DNA of 64,000 nt, from contig SMSO01000014.1 of the NCBI GenBank assembly GCA_004764695.1, positions 1,049,648-1,113,647 on the forward strand, written 5' to 3'. Source of the stretch: Schizochytrium sp. TIO01 (lineage: Eukaryota; Protista; Bigyra: Labyrinthulomycetes). The position numbers and the translations under genes were made by a program. Below the pieces are notes generated by a model. The model ran no database searches. It had not been told where the DNA came from and saw only the letters and a program-made list of their open reading frames with translations. Of the stretch, positions 10,941 through 23,205 are shown piece by piece. Every line of letters begins with the position of its first letter. The stretch's first letter is position 1.

Positions 10941-12932
10941 ATGGGAGCGGGAGGTTCCGTACCAGCTGTGCCGGAAGCGGCTGATGAGAAGGAGCTCCAT
11001 GAAGCACTCATGAACAAATTTGCAGCACTGAAACTAAAGGATGAGAACGCAGAATTGCCAGAGACCTTGCCAGAGACGCTAAAGGAGTGCTTGGAAACGC
11101 CTGCGCCCGGTGCCGATGCGAGCGAACTTGCTCGAAAGGCGTATGCTTCACTTGCAGAGACCCTAGAAGATAAACTTGAAGATTACCAAACTCCTGAAAT
11201 TGAAACTGCCCTCAAAGCCCTGCCCGACGCAATGGATGCCATGGTTTATCAACACGAGAGGTGGCCTGTGCTAATTGACCCTAGTGGACAAGGATCTCGA
11301 TTTATGAGGTATCAGCGGGGTACTTTTCTGCTTGCGCAGAACCCTGCGGACATGAGCAACGAAAATCTCCGTCGGACCTTGGTTGGCGCTCTTCAACACG
11401 GTGCCTATATGATGATCAACTTTGACGATAAAGAAAAGATGGACCTCGATGAATACTATGAAGATGGGTACTTTCCTCGCGATGTGCTTCAAAAAATCAA
11501 ACTCTTTCAGGACTCTGTATGGAAGCCCCTTTTGCGGCCAAAGCAAGGCGATCCAGAACCGGACGTTTTCCAGCTCAAGGATGACTTCAAATTCGTCATC
11601 ATGACTTCACATGAAGCAGTTGGGCGTGAATTTGCTATGAAAAATGGCATGGGAATCATCACTGTTTTAGACCCTAATGATCCAAACAATGCAAAGAAGG
11701 GCCCTGCACGCCGTGGTCAAGATGCAAGTTCTGATGAAATTGCAGCTGCATTTGGAGCACGCGATGTTCACCGCAACTCGCTCAAACTAGTAGAGGCTGC
11801 TTTCGATGGAGAATGGGATGTTATTCAGGAGGAGATCGATCGAGGCTATTCCTTTGACTCTGAGGATATTCATCAACATACTGCACTGTCGGAGGCAGCA
11901 TGTCAGGGTCACAACGAAATTTGTATCAAGCTCCTAAATCTCGGTGCGGACCCTAACGCTCAAAATGATACTGGTCGTTCGCCCATGTACCGCGCTGCAT
12001 ACAATGGTCACCTCGAAACTGTCAAACTTTTACTTTCAAAGGGAGGAGACCCTCGTCTTGCATCAGGAATGGAAACGCCCTTCGATGTTGCCAAAACAGA
12101 TGAAGTTCGTGAGCTGCTTGAGTCCTGGGATATTGCAGAAACAGAGAGACTGATTGCAGAGCGCGCAAAAGAAGCAGAACGACTCCTCGAAGAACGTCTC
12201 ACTACAGCTGCAGAACGTGATGCATATGCTCGTGAGAAGATCCGTGTTGAGTTAGTGGGCCTTGCCATGGAAAACAAAACTCAAGAGTTGAAGGATCGTC
12301 TGCAGGAGCTGGCCGAAGAAGCCATGGAGCACAACGAACGTCCACGTGGCTGCGCAGAAGTTCGCGACAACCGAGGAATGACCCTTTTACTTATTGCTGT
12401 CAGCAATGGATTCGAAGAGATGGTTAATCTATTGTTAAGTCATTACAATACGTTTGATCCAGAATTCGACAAGGTGGAACGGAAGGTCTTTTTTGCAAGT
12501 ATTAAAGCTCGCGAAGCCAAAGGTTGGAATGCATGCGCTTTAGCAGTTTTCCATGATCAGAAGAGAATTTTGCAGAGGCTTCTGGACGAAGGTTGCGATC
12601 CATATGTGAAGAATGCTTATAACAAGAATGCATTTGATCTCGCCCAAGACGATAAGGACGCAGCCCGAAAAGTCACTGTGGATCGCGCAGAAATTCGTGG
12701 AGTCTTGCTAGACTGGGAAAAGTTGCAGAATCCGCGAGCTGCAGCAATTCGAGCCAAAGAGGAACACGAAGCTGAAGAGGTAGCAACAAAGAAGGAAAAG
12801 GGAGAAGAAAATAAGGATGGAGCTAAAAAGAAAGGTGCCAAAGCAGCTACTGCTGCATCTGGAGACAACAAGTCTGGCAAAGCAAAATCTGGTGGTGGTC
12901 CTGCCAAGAAGAAGAAGGGTGGAAAGAAATAA
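10941..12932 (+). CDS. Ankyrin-repeat protein related to IQANK1, with predicted N-myristoylation
   Basis: ATG at 10941 gives MGAGGS (MGxxxS). Contains an ERWPVLIDPSGQGSRFMRYQ domain, ankyrin repeats (HTALSEAACQGH, GRSPMYRAAYNGHLETVKLLLSKGGDP, GMTLLLIAVSNG) and a K-rich tail. Confidence 0.85.
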   Translation: MGAGGSVPAVPEAADEKELHEALMNKFAALKLKDENAELPETLPETLKECLETPAPGADASELARKAYASLAETLEDKLEDYQTPEIETALKALPDAMDAMVYQHERWPVLIDPSGQGSRFMRYQRGTFLLAQNPADMSNENLRRTLVGALQHGAYMMINFDDKEKMDLDEYYEDGYFPRDVLQKIKLFQDSVWKPLLRPKQGDPEPDVFQLKDDFKFVIMTSHEAVGREFAMKNGMGIITVLDPNDPNNAKKGPARRGQDASSDEIAAAFGARDVHRNSLKLVEAAFDGEWDVIQEEIDRGYSFDSEDIHQHTALSEAACQGHNEICIKLLNLGADPNAQNDTGRSPMYRAAYNGHLETVKLLLSKGGDPRLASGMETPFDVAKTDEVRELLESWDIAETERLIAERAKEAERLLEERLTTAAERDAYAREKIRVELVGLAMENKTQELKDRLQELAEEAMEHNERPRGCAEVRDNRGMTLLLIAVSNGFEEMVNLLLSHYNTFDPEFDKVERKVFFASIKAREAKGWNACALAVFHDQKRILQRLLDEGCDPYVKNAYNKNAFDLAQDDKDAARKVTVDRAEIRGVLLDWEKLQNPRAAAIRAKEEHEAEEVATKKEKGEENKDGAKKKGAKAATAASGDNKSGKAKSGGGPAKKKKGGKK

Positions 12933-13486
12933 GCGCCTACGCTTCCTGTTTCGTCTCCTTCCCTTATATTCAGTTCGATTAAATCCCCATCGAAGTTGGA
13001 AAAGTAAGTCACGGACTTTCATGAACTACCGAAAATACCAGTCCACTGGTCATAAATTACCGCAAAGGGAGACAATTTGTAAAGATAAGAAAATTCATCG
13101 ATCTTACATTTATCTATCAATCACACAGAAAACAAACAACAGCAGAAAAGCATAACAAACAAAAGAAAAAGACGGAGAAGAAATTAGACGGAAAGGGGTA
13201 AAATGACTGCAGCAAACATATATTCCCAACTTCAAAGAACTATTCCTCCCAGTCCTGGTCCCACCAAACTTTAGATCTGTGTGTGATTAAAAGTGGGCGG
13301 GAGATACGAAAAGAGAAGTCAACTGCAACCACTCAGTTGCATATATGTTAGTTGATCCGTGGTACGGTCAATGTGCACGGGATCACTAAATCCGAGTGGG
13401 TTTGACTATTACACAATTATAGCCTGTAACGGGAAAATAAGAGCTCCAGGTCGTGTGGGAGAGCGTCCATTAGTTTTGTAGTACAA

Positions 13487-14845
13487 TTATGCTGCCTTGT
13501 AGTGGTTCTCATGCCGCTTCATGAAATGGGCAAGATACTCATCATCGCTCTCCTTGCGGTACCAGCGGTTTGGGTGCGGGTTCTTGCGGATAGTTGGCAC
13601 TCCAAGTGGGCGAATCTTGCGGGAACTGAGCTCCCCGGGTGCTTGGCGAGCCTGGTAGTTTTTAGTCTCCGTCCGGAAGAAACGAAGCATGGTCGCAAGG
13701 CATTGCTTTGAAGTGCCATCAGGAACCCAAGCCGGCGGGAAGCCGAAGTAGCAATGGCGAGCGCCATGGTGTTCCTCAAGTTCAACAGAAAACTTACGAC
13801 GAGCAAGCTCTCTGTACGCCCGGCGGTTAGAATTAACGAGGATATCACGATCACCACAGAGAAGTAAAACGGGCGGAAGGTGTTCAACCTGGTCAATAAC
13901 GTCGAGCAGTGTGATGCGGTTCTGGAAACGATTCCACGGGTCGCGGTATTGGCGAAATGCAAAGGAAATACAGAACTGGGTGACTTTATTCTCCAGGTAA
14001 GAAATCGTATCGAGATCCTTGAGCCATGCCTCCTGGTCCATAATTCCGTAAACGGTCGAGACCGCTACAATGGTGGGGAACTTATAGGCAAGAATCTCGA
14101 GGGTCTGGGTCTCGCGCGCAAAGTCCTCAAGGAGACCGCGGTTGCACACAAGAGCTGCTGCGATGGTAACAAGGTTGCCACCAGCAGAGTCTCCCATGAT
14201 CACCACATCCTGATGGCCTTCATGTGTGTACAGCCAGCTAAGAGCTCTTAGCACAGAGATTATTGGCGTCGGAAAGCGATGCATTGGTGCAAGAGGGTAA
14301 TCAATACTATACACGTCAAAACCAGCGCGAGCTAGAGGCGCCACGGAATGAAGCAAGCATGCAGAGTTTGCAGCGATCCAGCCGCCACCATGGACGTATA
14401 AAAGAGGGGGGTTCCTGGCGGCAAGGTCGCGGTCTTCACAAAGTACAGTGTCAAGAGATTCTGAGGGAAGGGGGCCATACTTTGCTGCGTAGAGCGAGGC
14501 TTCGACGCCCTTGCCTGGCGGGGTTACTCCATCTGTAGCATAAATGCCACCAACCTTGGACTTTCCGCGAAGTTGGCTGTTAATCATGTAATGAGGTGCC
14601 CAGTAATCAAGGAAGACATTTATGGCGCCAACTACGATCGTGCCAAGAATGCCACAGACGACCCAGATCATTTCAAAGACGACCCAGTGAAGGGAGCTTG
14701 AGATGTTGTCGACGCCACGCTGAAAGGTTTCCGCAATTTTTGAAGACAAGGACCTTGCTGCTTTGGCAGGAGCTGGTGGTGCGACATGATTGCCGAGTTG
14801 GCCTGGCGTGATTTGTTCAAAGTCCATCGCGCTTTCCCAAGTCAT
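13487..14845 (-). CDS. Alpha/beta hydrolase, HSL/GDXG esterase-lipase family, with N-terminal membrane anchor
   Basis: YVHGGGW oxyanion motif, GDSAGGNL nucleophile elbow, GDRDIL Asp and GARHCYF His. Hydrophobic segment WVVFEMIWVVCGILGTIVVGAINVF. Confidence 0.92.
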   Translation of the reverse strand: MTWESAMDFEQITPGQLGNHVAPPAPAKAARSLSSKIAETFQRGVDNISSSLHWVVFEMIWVVCGILGTIVVGAINVFLDYWAPHYMINSQLRGKSKVGGIYATDGVTPPGKGVEASLYAAKYGPLPSESLDTVLCEDRDLAARNPPLLYVHGGGWIAANSACLLHSVAPLARAGFDVYSIDYPLAPMHRFPTPIISVLRALSWLYTHEGHQDVVIMGDSAGGNLVTIAAALVCNRGLLEDFARETQTLEILAYKFPTIVAVSTVYGIMDQEAWLKDLDTISYLENKVTQFCISFAFRQYRDPWNRFQNRITLLDVIDQVEHLPPVLLLCGDRDILVNSNRRAYRELARRKFSVELEEHHGARHCYFGFPPAWVPDGTSKQCLATMLRFFRTETKNYQARQAPGELSSRKIRPLGVPTIRKNPHPNRWYRKESDDEYLAHFMKRHENHYKAA

Positions 14846-15391
14846 CTACCCAGGTCGACTTGTCTCTCGAGCAAGAGGTTTGCGCTCCTCAAGACTCCTT
14901 CAAGACCAAGCGAAGGTCCCAACCTACGCTCAATCGCTACTCGTGCAAAAGGGTTTTGCTGCGCCTCGCTTGCCAAGTTCTCTAGCAAGCAAGCCCTTCA
15001 GCGAATAATCGATCGATCGATTCCGTGCTGAAGTAGTCGTGCAAACTCTTGGATTAAAAAAACTTTGTAATGCCAATCACTATGCAAACTAAGCAAATAA
15101 TGCAAAGAAAGCTTCTTAAGCAATCGATGAATCAATGAACGAATCGTAGAGATGTAATATCGAGTCTCCTGTTTCCCACTTTTTCTCACCTTTTCTCAGA
15201 GTAAGGAATTTCTCTTGAAAACCCCGCGATTCCTACTGAACTTTAGCCTAAACCTTAACACTCCCTTCCCACGGGTGTGCGCTTCGGACAGCAAAAGTAT
15301 TTTTTAAAGTATAAAGGAAATAAAAAGAAAGTGAAGAGCCAAAGATGGTCAATCGAACCAACGATTCAACGAATTGAACGAACGTACGGAC

Positions 15392-15778
15392 GAGAGAGAG
15401 AGAGAGAGAGAGCAATGAACCAAGAACGTGCAAGCAGGTATGGCCCTTGGCGTCCTCTGCTTCGACTCTCTGCGATCGATCGGTGTATTTGCTCTACTGT
15501 CGTTGCGATTCTTGCGGAATCCGAAGGTCCTTGTTTTCTTTCTTTCCCTTCTTTCTTTCTTGGCCGTGGACAAATTAAGTTTATTCGTCTTTAGGGAGAC
15601 AGAAAGAACTTTGTTTGAAGAATAGAATAAAATAATTCTTCGACTTGAGGGCTCAAATTGTTTGTTTGTAGGAGTAGCAATGCCTAAGCACTAGTAGGCA
15701 GGTAGTGAGAACAATAACAGTATCGCGCAAGCTTCTAAGATGGCGCAAACTTTGCTTTTTTCTTTTTCTTTTTCTTTT

Positions 15779-15809
<31 letters not shown>

Positions 15810-16321
15810 GCTTCTCCTACTTTTTCGTGGTCTCCTCTGCTCACTCACTCACTCACTCACTCACTCTGCGCGAACAGACTTCGACGGATCCCTCGCTCAG
15901 GAGTCCTCCTCGTGCCCCCCTCGCAGAACAGCCTCCCGCCTCTCGCCTTGTCCAGGTCCTGGCACCTGTGAGGCCAAGGCGGAGCGAGAGGTCGAAGTTT
16001 GCGATGCCTTCGATCGATCAGGTTCAATCAACTTGAAACAAAATAAGGATCAATCAAATAATCGATCGACACGCACTTCCTTATAAAGAGAAGAAAGAAA
16101 CCAACCGGTCAGGTCCCAGCGAGAGAGAACTCTGCACGGCAAAGAGGCTCGAGTTCTTAAGGCCCGACCTCTGCTGCTGCTTGCCTGCGTGCCTGCTTGA
16201 GATCCTGGTCTTCTGACTAATTGCCCTGATACGGGTTTGCTGTGCTTGGAACTGTCAAGTTGGATGAAGTGACGATGAAGTGACGAATGAATGAATGAAT
16301 GAATGAATGAATGAATGAATG
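15392..16321. repeat. Microsatellite cluster: (GA)n 15392-15412, (TTTC)-rich 15756-15808, (ACTC)n 15840-15866, (GAAT)n 16285-16321
   Basis: Tandem units directly visible. Confidence 0.95.
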
Positions 16322-16749
16322 CATTCACGAGTTGATGAAGGTCCTTAAGAGACTACATAGCGCTTACTCCTAACACCTCGTTCTTCTCACTCTGGCTAGA
16401 GCAGCATCAAAGAAATGAATGATCAAGCTTAGGTAAAAATCGTGAACCAAATCGAGAGTCAATGATCGTATTTGCGAGGTTTCAGAGCTGTGGCCGCGCA
16501 AGGGAAAATGAGCAGCGTCGCCCTGGAAAACATATCGGTACGCTGCCCATCAGGGACGCCAAGATCCACGGAGATTGCGATCCTCAGGGACGCGCAGCGG
16601 ATTACAGACAAGCGGCAATACAGGTGAACCAGGCCGGCTCGTTCTGGTCGCTGAAGCAGCGAAAGAAACCAAACTCGGGATTGTGGTTGCCTCCTCGCGA
16701 CATAAAGGCCGTCGAGGCATTCGTGTCTTCTGGACTTAGTCTCCATAGC

Positions 16750-16778
16750 TTGAGAACTTGAGAACTTGAGAACTTGAG
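16750..16778. repeat. Tandem 8-mer (TTGAGAAC)x3 plus a partial copy
   Basis: ttgagaacttgagaacttgagaacttgag. Confidence 0.9.
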
Positions 16779-17150
16779 TTGATGAAATCGCAATGCAACG
16801 AGTTCTTGGGCGGATACCTCGCCAAGTCTTGCTGCCAAGGCGAGCTGGACGTAATGCAATCGAATGCGATCAAGCTTAGACTTAACACGTGTAATCCAGT
16901 GCGATTAGCTTCCTACGGGATGGATTTCAAGCTGAGGTCCACAAGAATCAAGTTTCTTGCAGCCGTTGACTCGTCGGCTCGGCGAAGGGGCGCACGGTTT
17001 CCTGCGCCGGGGTGGGCGAGACCCTTGAAGTTGTGTTGACATTGCTATTATTCTCCTGCCGACAGTGGTGAAGATTATGAGGATGACGACGATGCTGATC
17101 TCGCTGTCGCTCTTGTTTCACAACCTCAGACTGTCGGGTTTTATTTATCA

Positions 17151-17209
17151 GTTGTCGTTGTTGTTGTTGTTGTTGTTGTTGTTATTGTTGTTGTCGTTGG
17201 TGGTGGTGG
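17151..17209. repeat. Imperfect (GTT)n/(GGT)n trinucleotide microsatellite
   Basis: gttgtcgttgttgttgttg...ggtggtggtgg. Confidence 0.95.
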
Positions 17210-20200
17210 ACTTCTTCTAGCTTGCGCTGTCCTCTGGGCAGACTCCCTTCCTAACAGAACTAGCTGTAGAGTAGCAATTTCCTTATCATAAAACTGAATA
17301 TTAAAGTTACACTCAGTCGGCAAAGCAGTGGGGTTCGCTCGCACATTGCAAAGCGCTTGAAAGGCTCAGTTTAGAGCATTCCTCGTCTAGCCTTTGGGTC
17401 GTTTGGGTCCTCTTCGACTGACGCTCAATCAATCAACCAACCAATCAATCAATCTTCATGAGAACAAAATTAGCAGAAATGTATACTAAAACAAAGTCAA
17501 AAACCAGTTGACCGACGCCTCTTCAAGTCGCCTGGTCCGAAGCAGAGCTCAGCTATGACCTAATTTGATGCAAAATTCCGTAACCTTCACCGTCTCCATT
17601 TCTACGCGGAGACGTCCAACCGAAGCAGATCAACAGATCAATACATGAACAAATCAGGGTCCAAGTCCAAGTCTAAGTCGATCGCAGGTGCTTCTGGGGC
17701 ACAGAAACGGCGACGTTTCTTTTTCTTTTCTTTCCCCTTTTCCCCCTCCTTTTTCTCTTTGATATAATACGAAGCTGAACATGCGCACTTTCCATCGAAC
17801 TTCCCGCGAGCTTTTAAAGAGGAAGCAGGAAAGCGCATCGACGGTAAGAGTCTATAGTCCAAAAGCTAAGGAGGCTCAGCGCGCTCGCGCCGTGAAAAGG
17901 TTTCAAGTGTTCAAGGAGATCATTTTATTTTATTTCATTAAATGTTTGATTAAATGCTTAGTTTTCTAATCAAATGATTTTATTTTTTATTTTTCTAAAA
18001 CTTTTGGTTTTTTTAACTTTAATTCTTTTTAATTGAAATATAGAGAGATACCAACTTAATCGAAGAGCTCCAACTTCTTCAACTTTCAAGCGATCCCCTG
18101 AGATCCCTCAAAGCCCGACGCTCGAGCTCCACTGCTCAGCCTGTCATAGGTCTGCCGTAACTTTGCAAGCAAGCAAACACGGGCTCTGGCTGACCGGCCG
18201 CGTGTCTCTGATTTGGCCATGTGTCTTGAGAACATAACGTGTGGCATATTTGTCCATTTTAAAGTAATGAACTATAACTATGGAGTAATAATATCGATCA
18301 AAGTTGTACGTAACGATGACAAACCTGAAGAAAAGTATTCCAAGATGGAGCCCCGACCTGGAGACAGCGGGCATTCTTAGAATGAAGATCCTGCAAGCTG
18401 TTCAGGAGGTTACAAAACTTGACACCGCATCATGGCCAATATCCGAGGAGGCGAAGGCCGCGACTTTCTGGCATCGCCTTTCATCGACGAGTGAAGATCG
18501 ATGATCTTCGCTCCATTCTCCACTCGCATACATACTTTTTCAACGTTTGCCCCAAAAGTGCAAACCTGTATAGCGTAGCAAGTACTACGAAAAGGTTCCA
18601 AACGTTCTCCCCCCTCGCTCTGACTTAGCAGTTAGTGCACTTACTTTTCGTTGTCCATTCTCGCCAGCTCTCGCTCGAGCGAGGAGCCAATTGGTGCCCT
18701 GCGACTCCGAGGCCTGGCCCACTGTTGTTCGGCGCGAGAGGGGTGTTGCTCCGGGCGCGAGAAGAAGAATCGGGCACCAGGTCCTGAAGACTGGAGCGAG
18801 ACCAGCTAGCTCTAGCTAGAGAAAGAGCGAGCTAGATAGATGCCTGCCGTGAATGGCCATCTTTTCCTCTCATTGCTCTCGCTTCTAGCACAAAGGTTCT
18901 TTGTTCCGCCATGTATTGATTAGCGCCGCCGCTGCTTTTTCTCTCATGCGTTACAGAGATGGTCACTGACGACTTTGGGTCGATTGATTGGAGATTGATT
19001 GTTTTGCTCACGCTTTCGTTCGATGGATTGGCAAAGAATGCAGAGCATAGCTCCGTGACCACGAGCGAAGGCGGCGGGGAACGACGACATGCCTAGGCGG
19101 TAGAAAAGGATGGAGTCCGGGCGTCGTACGAGCGTGAAACAGAGCTCAAGGCCTCACTCGCTCTGTCTGTAAAGAGCCCAGGAAGGAAGCTGGCCTCTTG
19201 GAACGATGAGCGATGTGATGCGAAAGTTAGCTGCCAACTCCCTATCTCTCTGGTGGCGTGGATCCAACGTGGTCTGACTGCTCCTGAGTGGCCGGCTGGC
19301 ACCTAAAGGCCTGCGAGCAATCGTGTGCCTTCCCTGGCTTGGCTTGGCTCGGCTTAGCTGGAAAGTCGTCTGTGGGAGCTGAAAGAGGATCGAGCTGCCA
19401 ACCTGCGGGTGGCCATCGGTCGAGTCCTGCAGCTCCGAATTTGATCAGGAGCTTCCACAAGGGAGTGCAGAAACGAACCAGGTTGGTCGATCGAAGCTTG
19501 AAGCCTGCTAGGTCAACATCTCGATTCATGAGTTCTTCAGAACTTTAGAAGACTAGGCAGTTATGTGTGATAATCCAAGGCCAAACTCGATTCCACGATC
19601 AGGCTGTTTGTCCTCACATGCTACGCTTATTCGCAAGCGGTGCCCAGGCACTGATGGGCTGGCGAAGATAGAAGCGCCACCTCTGAATGAAAGGGTGCTG
19701 GAGAAGACATCATGGTCACCCATCGGCCTTAAGACGTCCCCAAGAATGCTCGAATTCTCGAGACGCCATGAGGTGCCCATACAATGAAAAAAATAGAAGA
19801 AAGAATTCTGCGGTACTAGCCTCCATAGCCACGGCCTCTGTGACCCAAGCAAAGACCTCGACAGCTTCTCTGGCTATCCACCTAAAGGCGAAGCACTCGG
19901 TGCGCGTTGAGGAAAGCAGAGCTGATAGTGAAGCTATCGTGACCCCTCAAACTGACTCTTAGTTAGAGATTAACTTTACTTGTTTTGACTGTTAATTAAA
20001 TCGGCACCATTAACGCCTCGCCAAGGCAGGGCTTCGCGGACTTGAATACCACGCAGCACGTACAAGCTCATCAGCGGTGACCTTGATCAGGTCCCGCAAG
20101 CCGCTTTCGCTGAGAATGTGTGCTCCAAATGTCCCGGAGAGAAGAATGTATCTTAACACCTTGGGTTGTACAGAGTTTGCCTAGGATCCGAGGCAGATCG

Positions 20201-20404
20201 CGGCTGCTAGTTCGCGCGTGAGCGTAGCCTAGTAGGGAGCGCGCTCTTGACAGGCTTCCTGGCCAGGAAGACTTTCCACAGGCTGTAGACTCCTTATCTA
20301 CGTGCTAGTGTGCACGAAGAAAACAAACCTAAGCCAAAATCTTTGCTTATTTAGCAGTGCTTTCTTTGAGCAAAACACGGCTTGCTTGCCTTTTGCCGCA
20401 GGCA

Positions 20405-20570
20405 GATATCTGAGCGAATATCCTGGATGAGATGCTCAAGTAGATAGTGGGGCTTTTAGAGATGTGTCGAATGATTATAGTTTCACACAGTTGTAGGCAG
20501 TTTTGCACCAGGGATGCGAAATGGAAGAGCACAATGATGCAAAAGAAGCAACAGCAGCTTCTGTGACTTG
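20405..20570 (+). pseudogene. Possible decayed F-box motif
   Basis: One frame reads DI*ANILDEMLK*IVGLLEMCRMIIVSHSCRQFCTRDAKWKS. This resembles the F-box pattern LPDE-L--I---L------VS--CR-----D--WK, with in-frame stops. Confidence 0.3.
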
Positions 20571-23205
20571 GTTTGGAGTGGCATGAACTCCGTCGGAAGG
20601 ACAGTATAAAAAAACGAACGCGAGCGAGGGTGATCTTGTGAGGCAGTCCTGCGCTGACCCAAACAACGGCCAGGCCGTGCTCTTTACTAATAATAATACC
20701 AAACCCAAAGCACAAAGATATCATCGTGAGGCCGGATCGTGGCCATAAATATTGTATAAGGAGAACACGGGCATCAAATGTACTCACGTCTCATGGTCAA
20801 GTACACCAACACTTATAATATGCAATGCATTTGTACTTTTTTTCAATCTACGCAGTAGACTCCATATGATATATTTATAATAGATTGCTTCTTTCATTGC
20901 ACATTCGCTACTCTAAACGTCGTGTTCTGTCCTTCTGTCCTCTGTCTACTACCAGCTTTGGAAAAACAAAAAGCCAGGAATAAACTGCAGTAGCTGATTC
21001 ACCTCGCCTCAACCCTTCTTCCAAACGACTACCAAGATTGACCCCTCGACCCCAGAGCATTAAATGAATGTCAATCTTCACTCTGCCTCAACAGCAACGC
21101 CGACAACGATGACCTCCACCAGTTCAACACCGCCAACATCTTGAAGCAAAGCAAGACACATTAGGCGTAGAGCATCGAACATAGAGTCAATTGCCACTTC
21201 TGCATTCCCTAAGTGGCGCCTAGCCCTACTCTTGCGGTCGCCCCTCCTCCTTCTTAGGTATGATAATTGTATGATTGTTATATGATTATCATGGCCTTTC
21301 TTGCTCCAAAGTGTGTTTGTGTTTCTTCTCCAATTATTTAGCCTTCCTCTTCGTATGCACTCCTGTATGTATTACGTACGCCGCAGAAGGCCATCTCACG
21401 AAGAAAGCTCGAAGAACCGGTCAGAGACAAGCTGTGTTTCTGTCCTTACGCTGCACTCGCCACGGCCCGGAGCCGGCACGTTTTATTTCCTCCACCGGAT
21501 CCGAGCGGACGACGTCTGTGGACCACAGATGGCGATAAAGAACGACAACAAGTTTTGGCGCCCTTCGACTGTTATCATCAGGTTATAAAATAATGCACAA
21601 AACAATTTTCATCGTAGGTTTTTAAGTATTTCTATAAATAGAACGAAAAAGGCAAACCAATCAAGCACCATCATCCGCCTGAGGCTGTCGTCTTGACCTT
21701 CCCTGACTACCCCCCACATGAAGGGTATAGTAGAGTTGTTCGTGCAATGATGTATACGAACTGATTAGAAGACACCGAGCATCACCCAATACATGAAACC
21801 TCAAATGACCCCCTAGAGGGCCACCATGAGAGTTTACTGGACGACGGTACTGGGTGTGTACCAGTGTGGAGGGTCCTCATGGGGTCCCCGAAGTGTCCCC
21901 GTTGTTTGCGTGCGCTTGCGAATTGCCTCGCACTGATTGAGCTCTGTGGCGCGAACCACCAGGCCACGGCCGGCCTCCGAAGCGCATTGTTAGAACTTGG
22001 CGAGAGCTGTCTCGGTACTTCGGAGTTGAGAGCGTCGATCGAGGTCGTTTTCCTCCGCTTGGGGGAGCAGTCCTTGCGGCTGGGGTCCCGCTTGTCACAG
22101 ACCTTGAGGCAGTTCGCGCATTCGTTCGAGACGCTGTGGCTCTCTCGTTTTCTCATATATAGTTTTCTTTTTTCTTGGTCTGAGTTCTTTCTGGGCAGGC
22201 CTAGTAGGTTATTGTGTTTCTCTGCAAATTACTGTTTGCTTCTTTCTTCTGCGGGTCTTTGTCTGCAGCTCGTCCGATTTCACTGGGACTGCATCGCAAA
22301 CAGAACTTGAGCTTGAGTTCGAAGGCGCGGAATTAAGCTTGGAGCACTCAAGCGAGAGCTTGGGGCATTGATAGCACGTGGAAGGTGACGAATCTCTAAC
22401 TTGCTTGCATGAGGTGAACTCCGTCACTTGAAAGTAATATCACTTCGTTTGACATAAGAAAGCAGCAGCCTGGTCAGTAGGGAAACAAAAAGCCTTTGCG
22501 CAAGAAGCTCGTGCCGAAGCCAAGTGAGGGAAGCTGCGTGGAACTCGCGTACTTGAAGTCTTCGAAACGTGAAGCACTTTGCCCTTCTCTAGATCGAATT
22601 TACGGCGAGCTTAGATAATACGATTCTTTGTCAAAGATCGTTGGAATACAAACGCCGGCTGCGTCATCCACTTTTACAAGCCATAGACTCACGCCAAGCT
22701 CATTGAGCTCAAAATTGGCCAAGGGCTTGAACAATACTTGTAATTGAAACGACGGCGACTACAGACAACAGTGACTAAATTTGTCCTCGATTGATTCGTA
22801 GAGTGAAAAGTACACATTGTCTGTCTTAACTTTAGGGCTTCCCGATCGTCGCAATCTCTCGCAAGAACTATTGTTATCGTGAAAAGTACTTACGACGAGA
22901 GTAGCGAGTGCCTCGTTAACAACGGAACTGAAAAGAAAAGACGCATCCTAAAGAGCAAACTAGCGAACGAACGGAAAGTGAGCAAATAGAGTTTCCCTTT
23001 ATTGCCACTACAGTATTGAAAACGTACAGAACAACAACCGTCAAGTTTAAAACATTCTAGCGCCTTTCTCTCAGCATATTAACGAGCCATTCTTATAAGC
23101 TAGGCAATACAACCACGAATTAGATTCAAGCTGCACTTCTTTTAGGTTGACATTGTAACAACAGGTCCGCAACCAACTTTAATTGAGGTTGGGCAACAAA
23201 TCATC

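Noticed and set aside
16750-16778. Short direct repeats considered as CRISPR-like
   Set aside because: No unique spacers, eukaryotic context and no cas genes; a simple tandem repeat.
16459-19962. Numerous 60-100-aa ORFs in the long spacer
   Set aside because: Lengths expected by chance at this GC content, and none has family motifs.
21782-22310. GC-rich block with overlapping 124-aa and 148-aa ORFs on both strands
   Set aside because: No recognisable domain or consistent coding bias.
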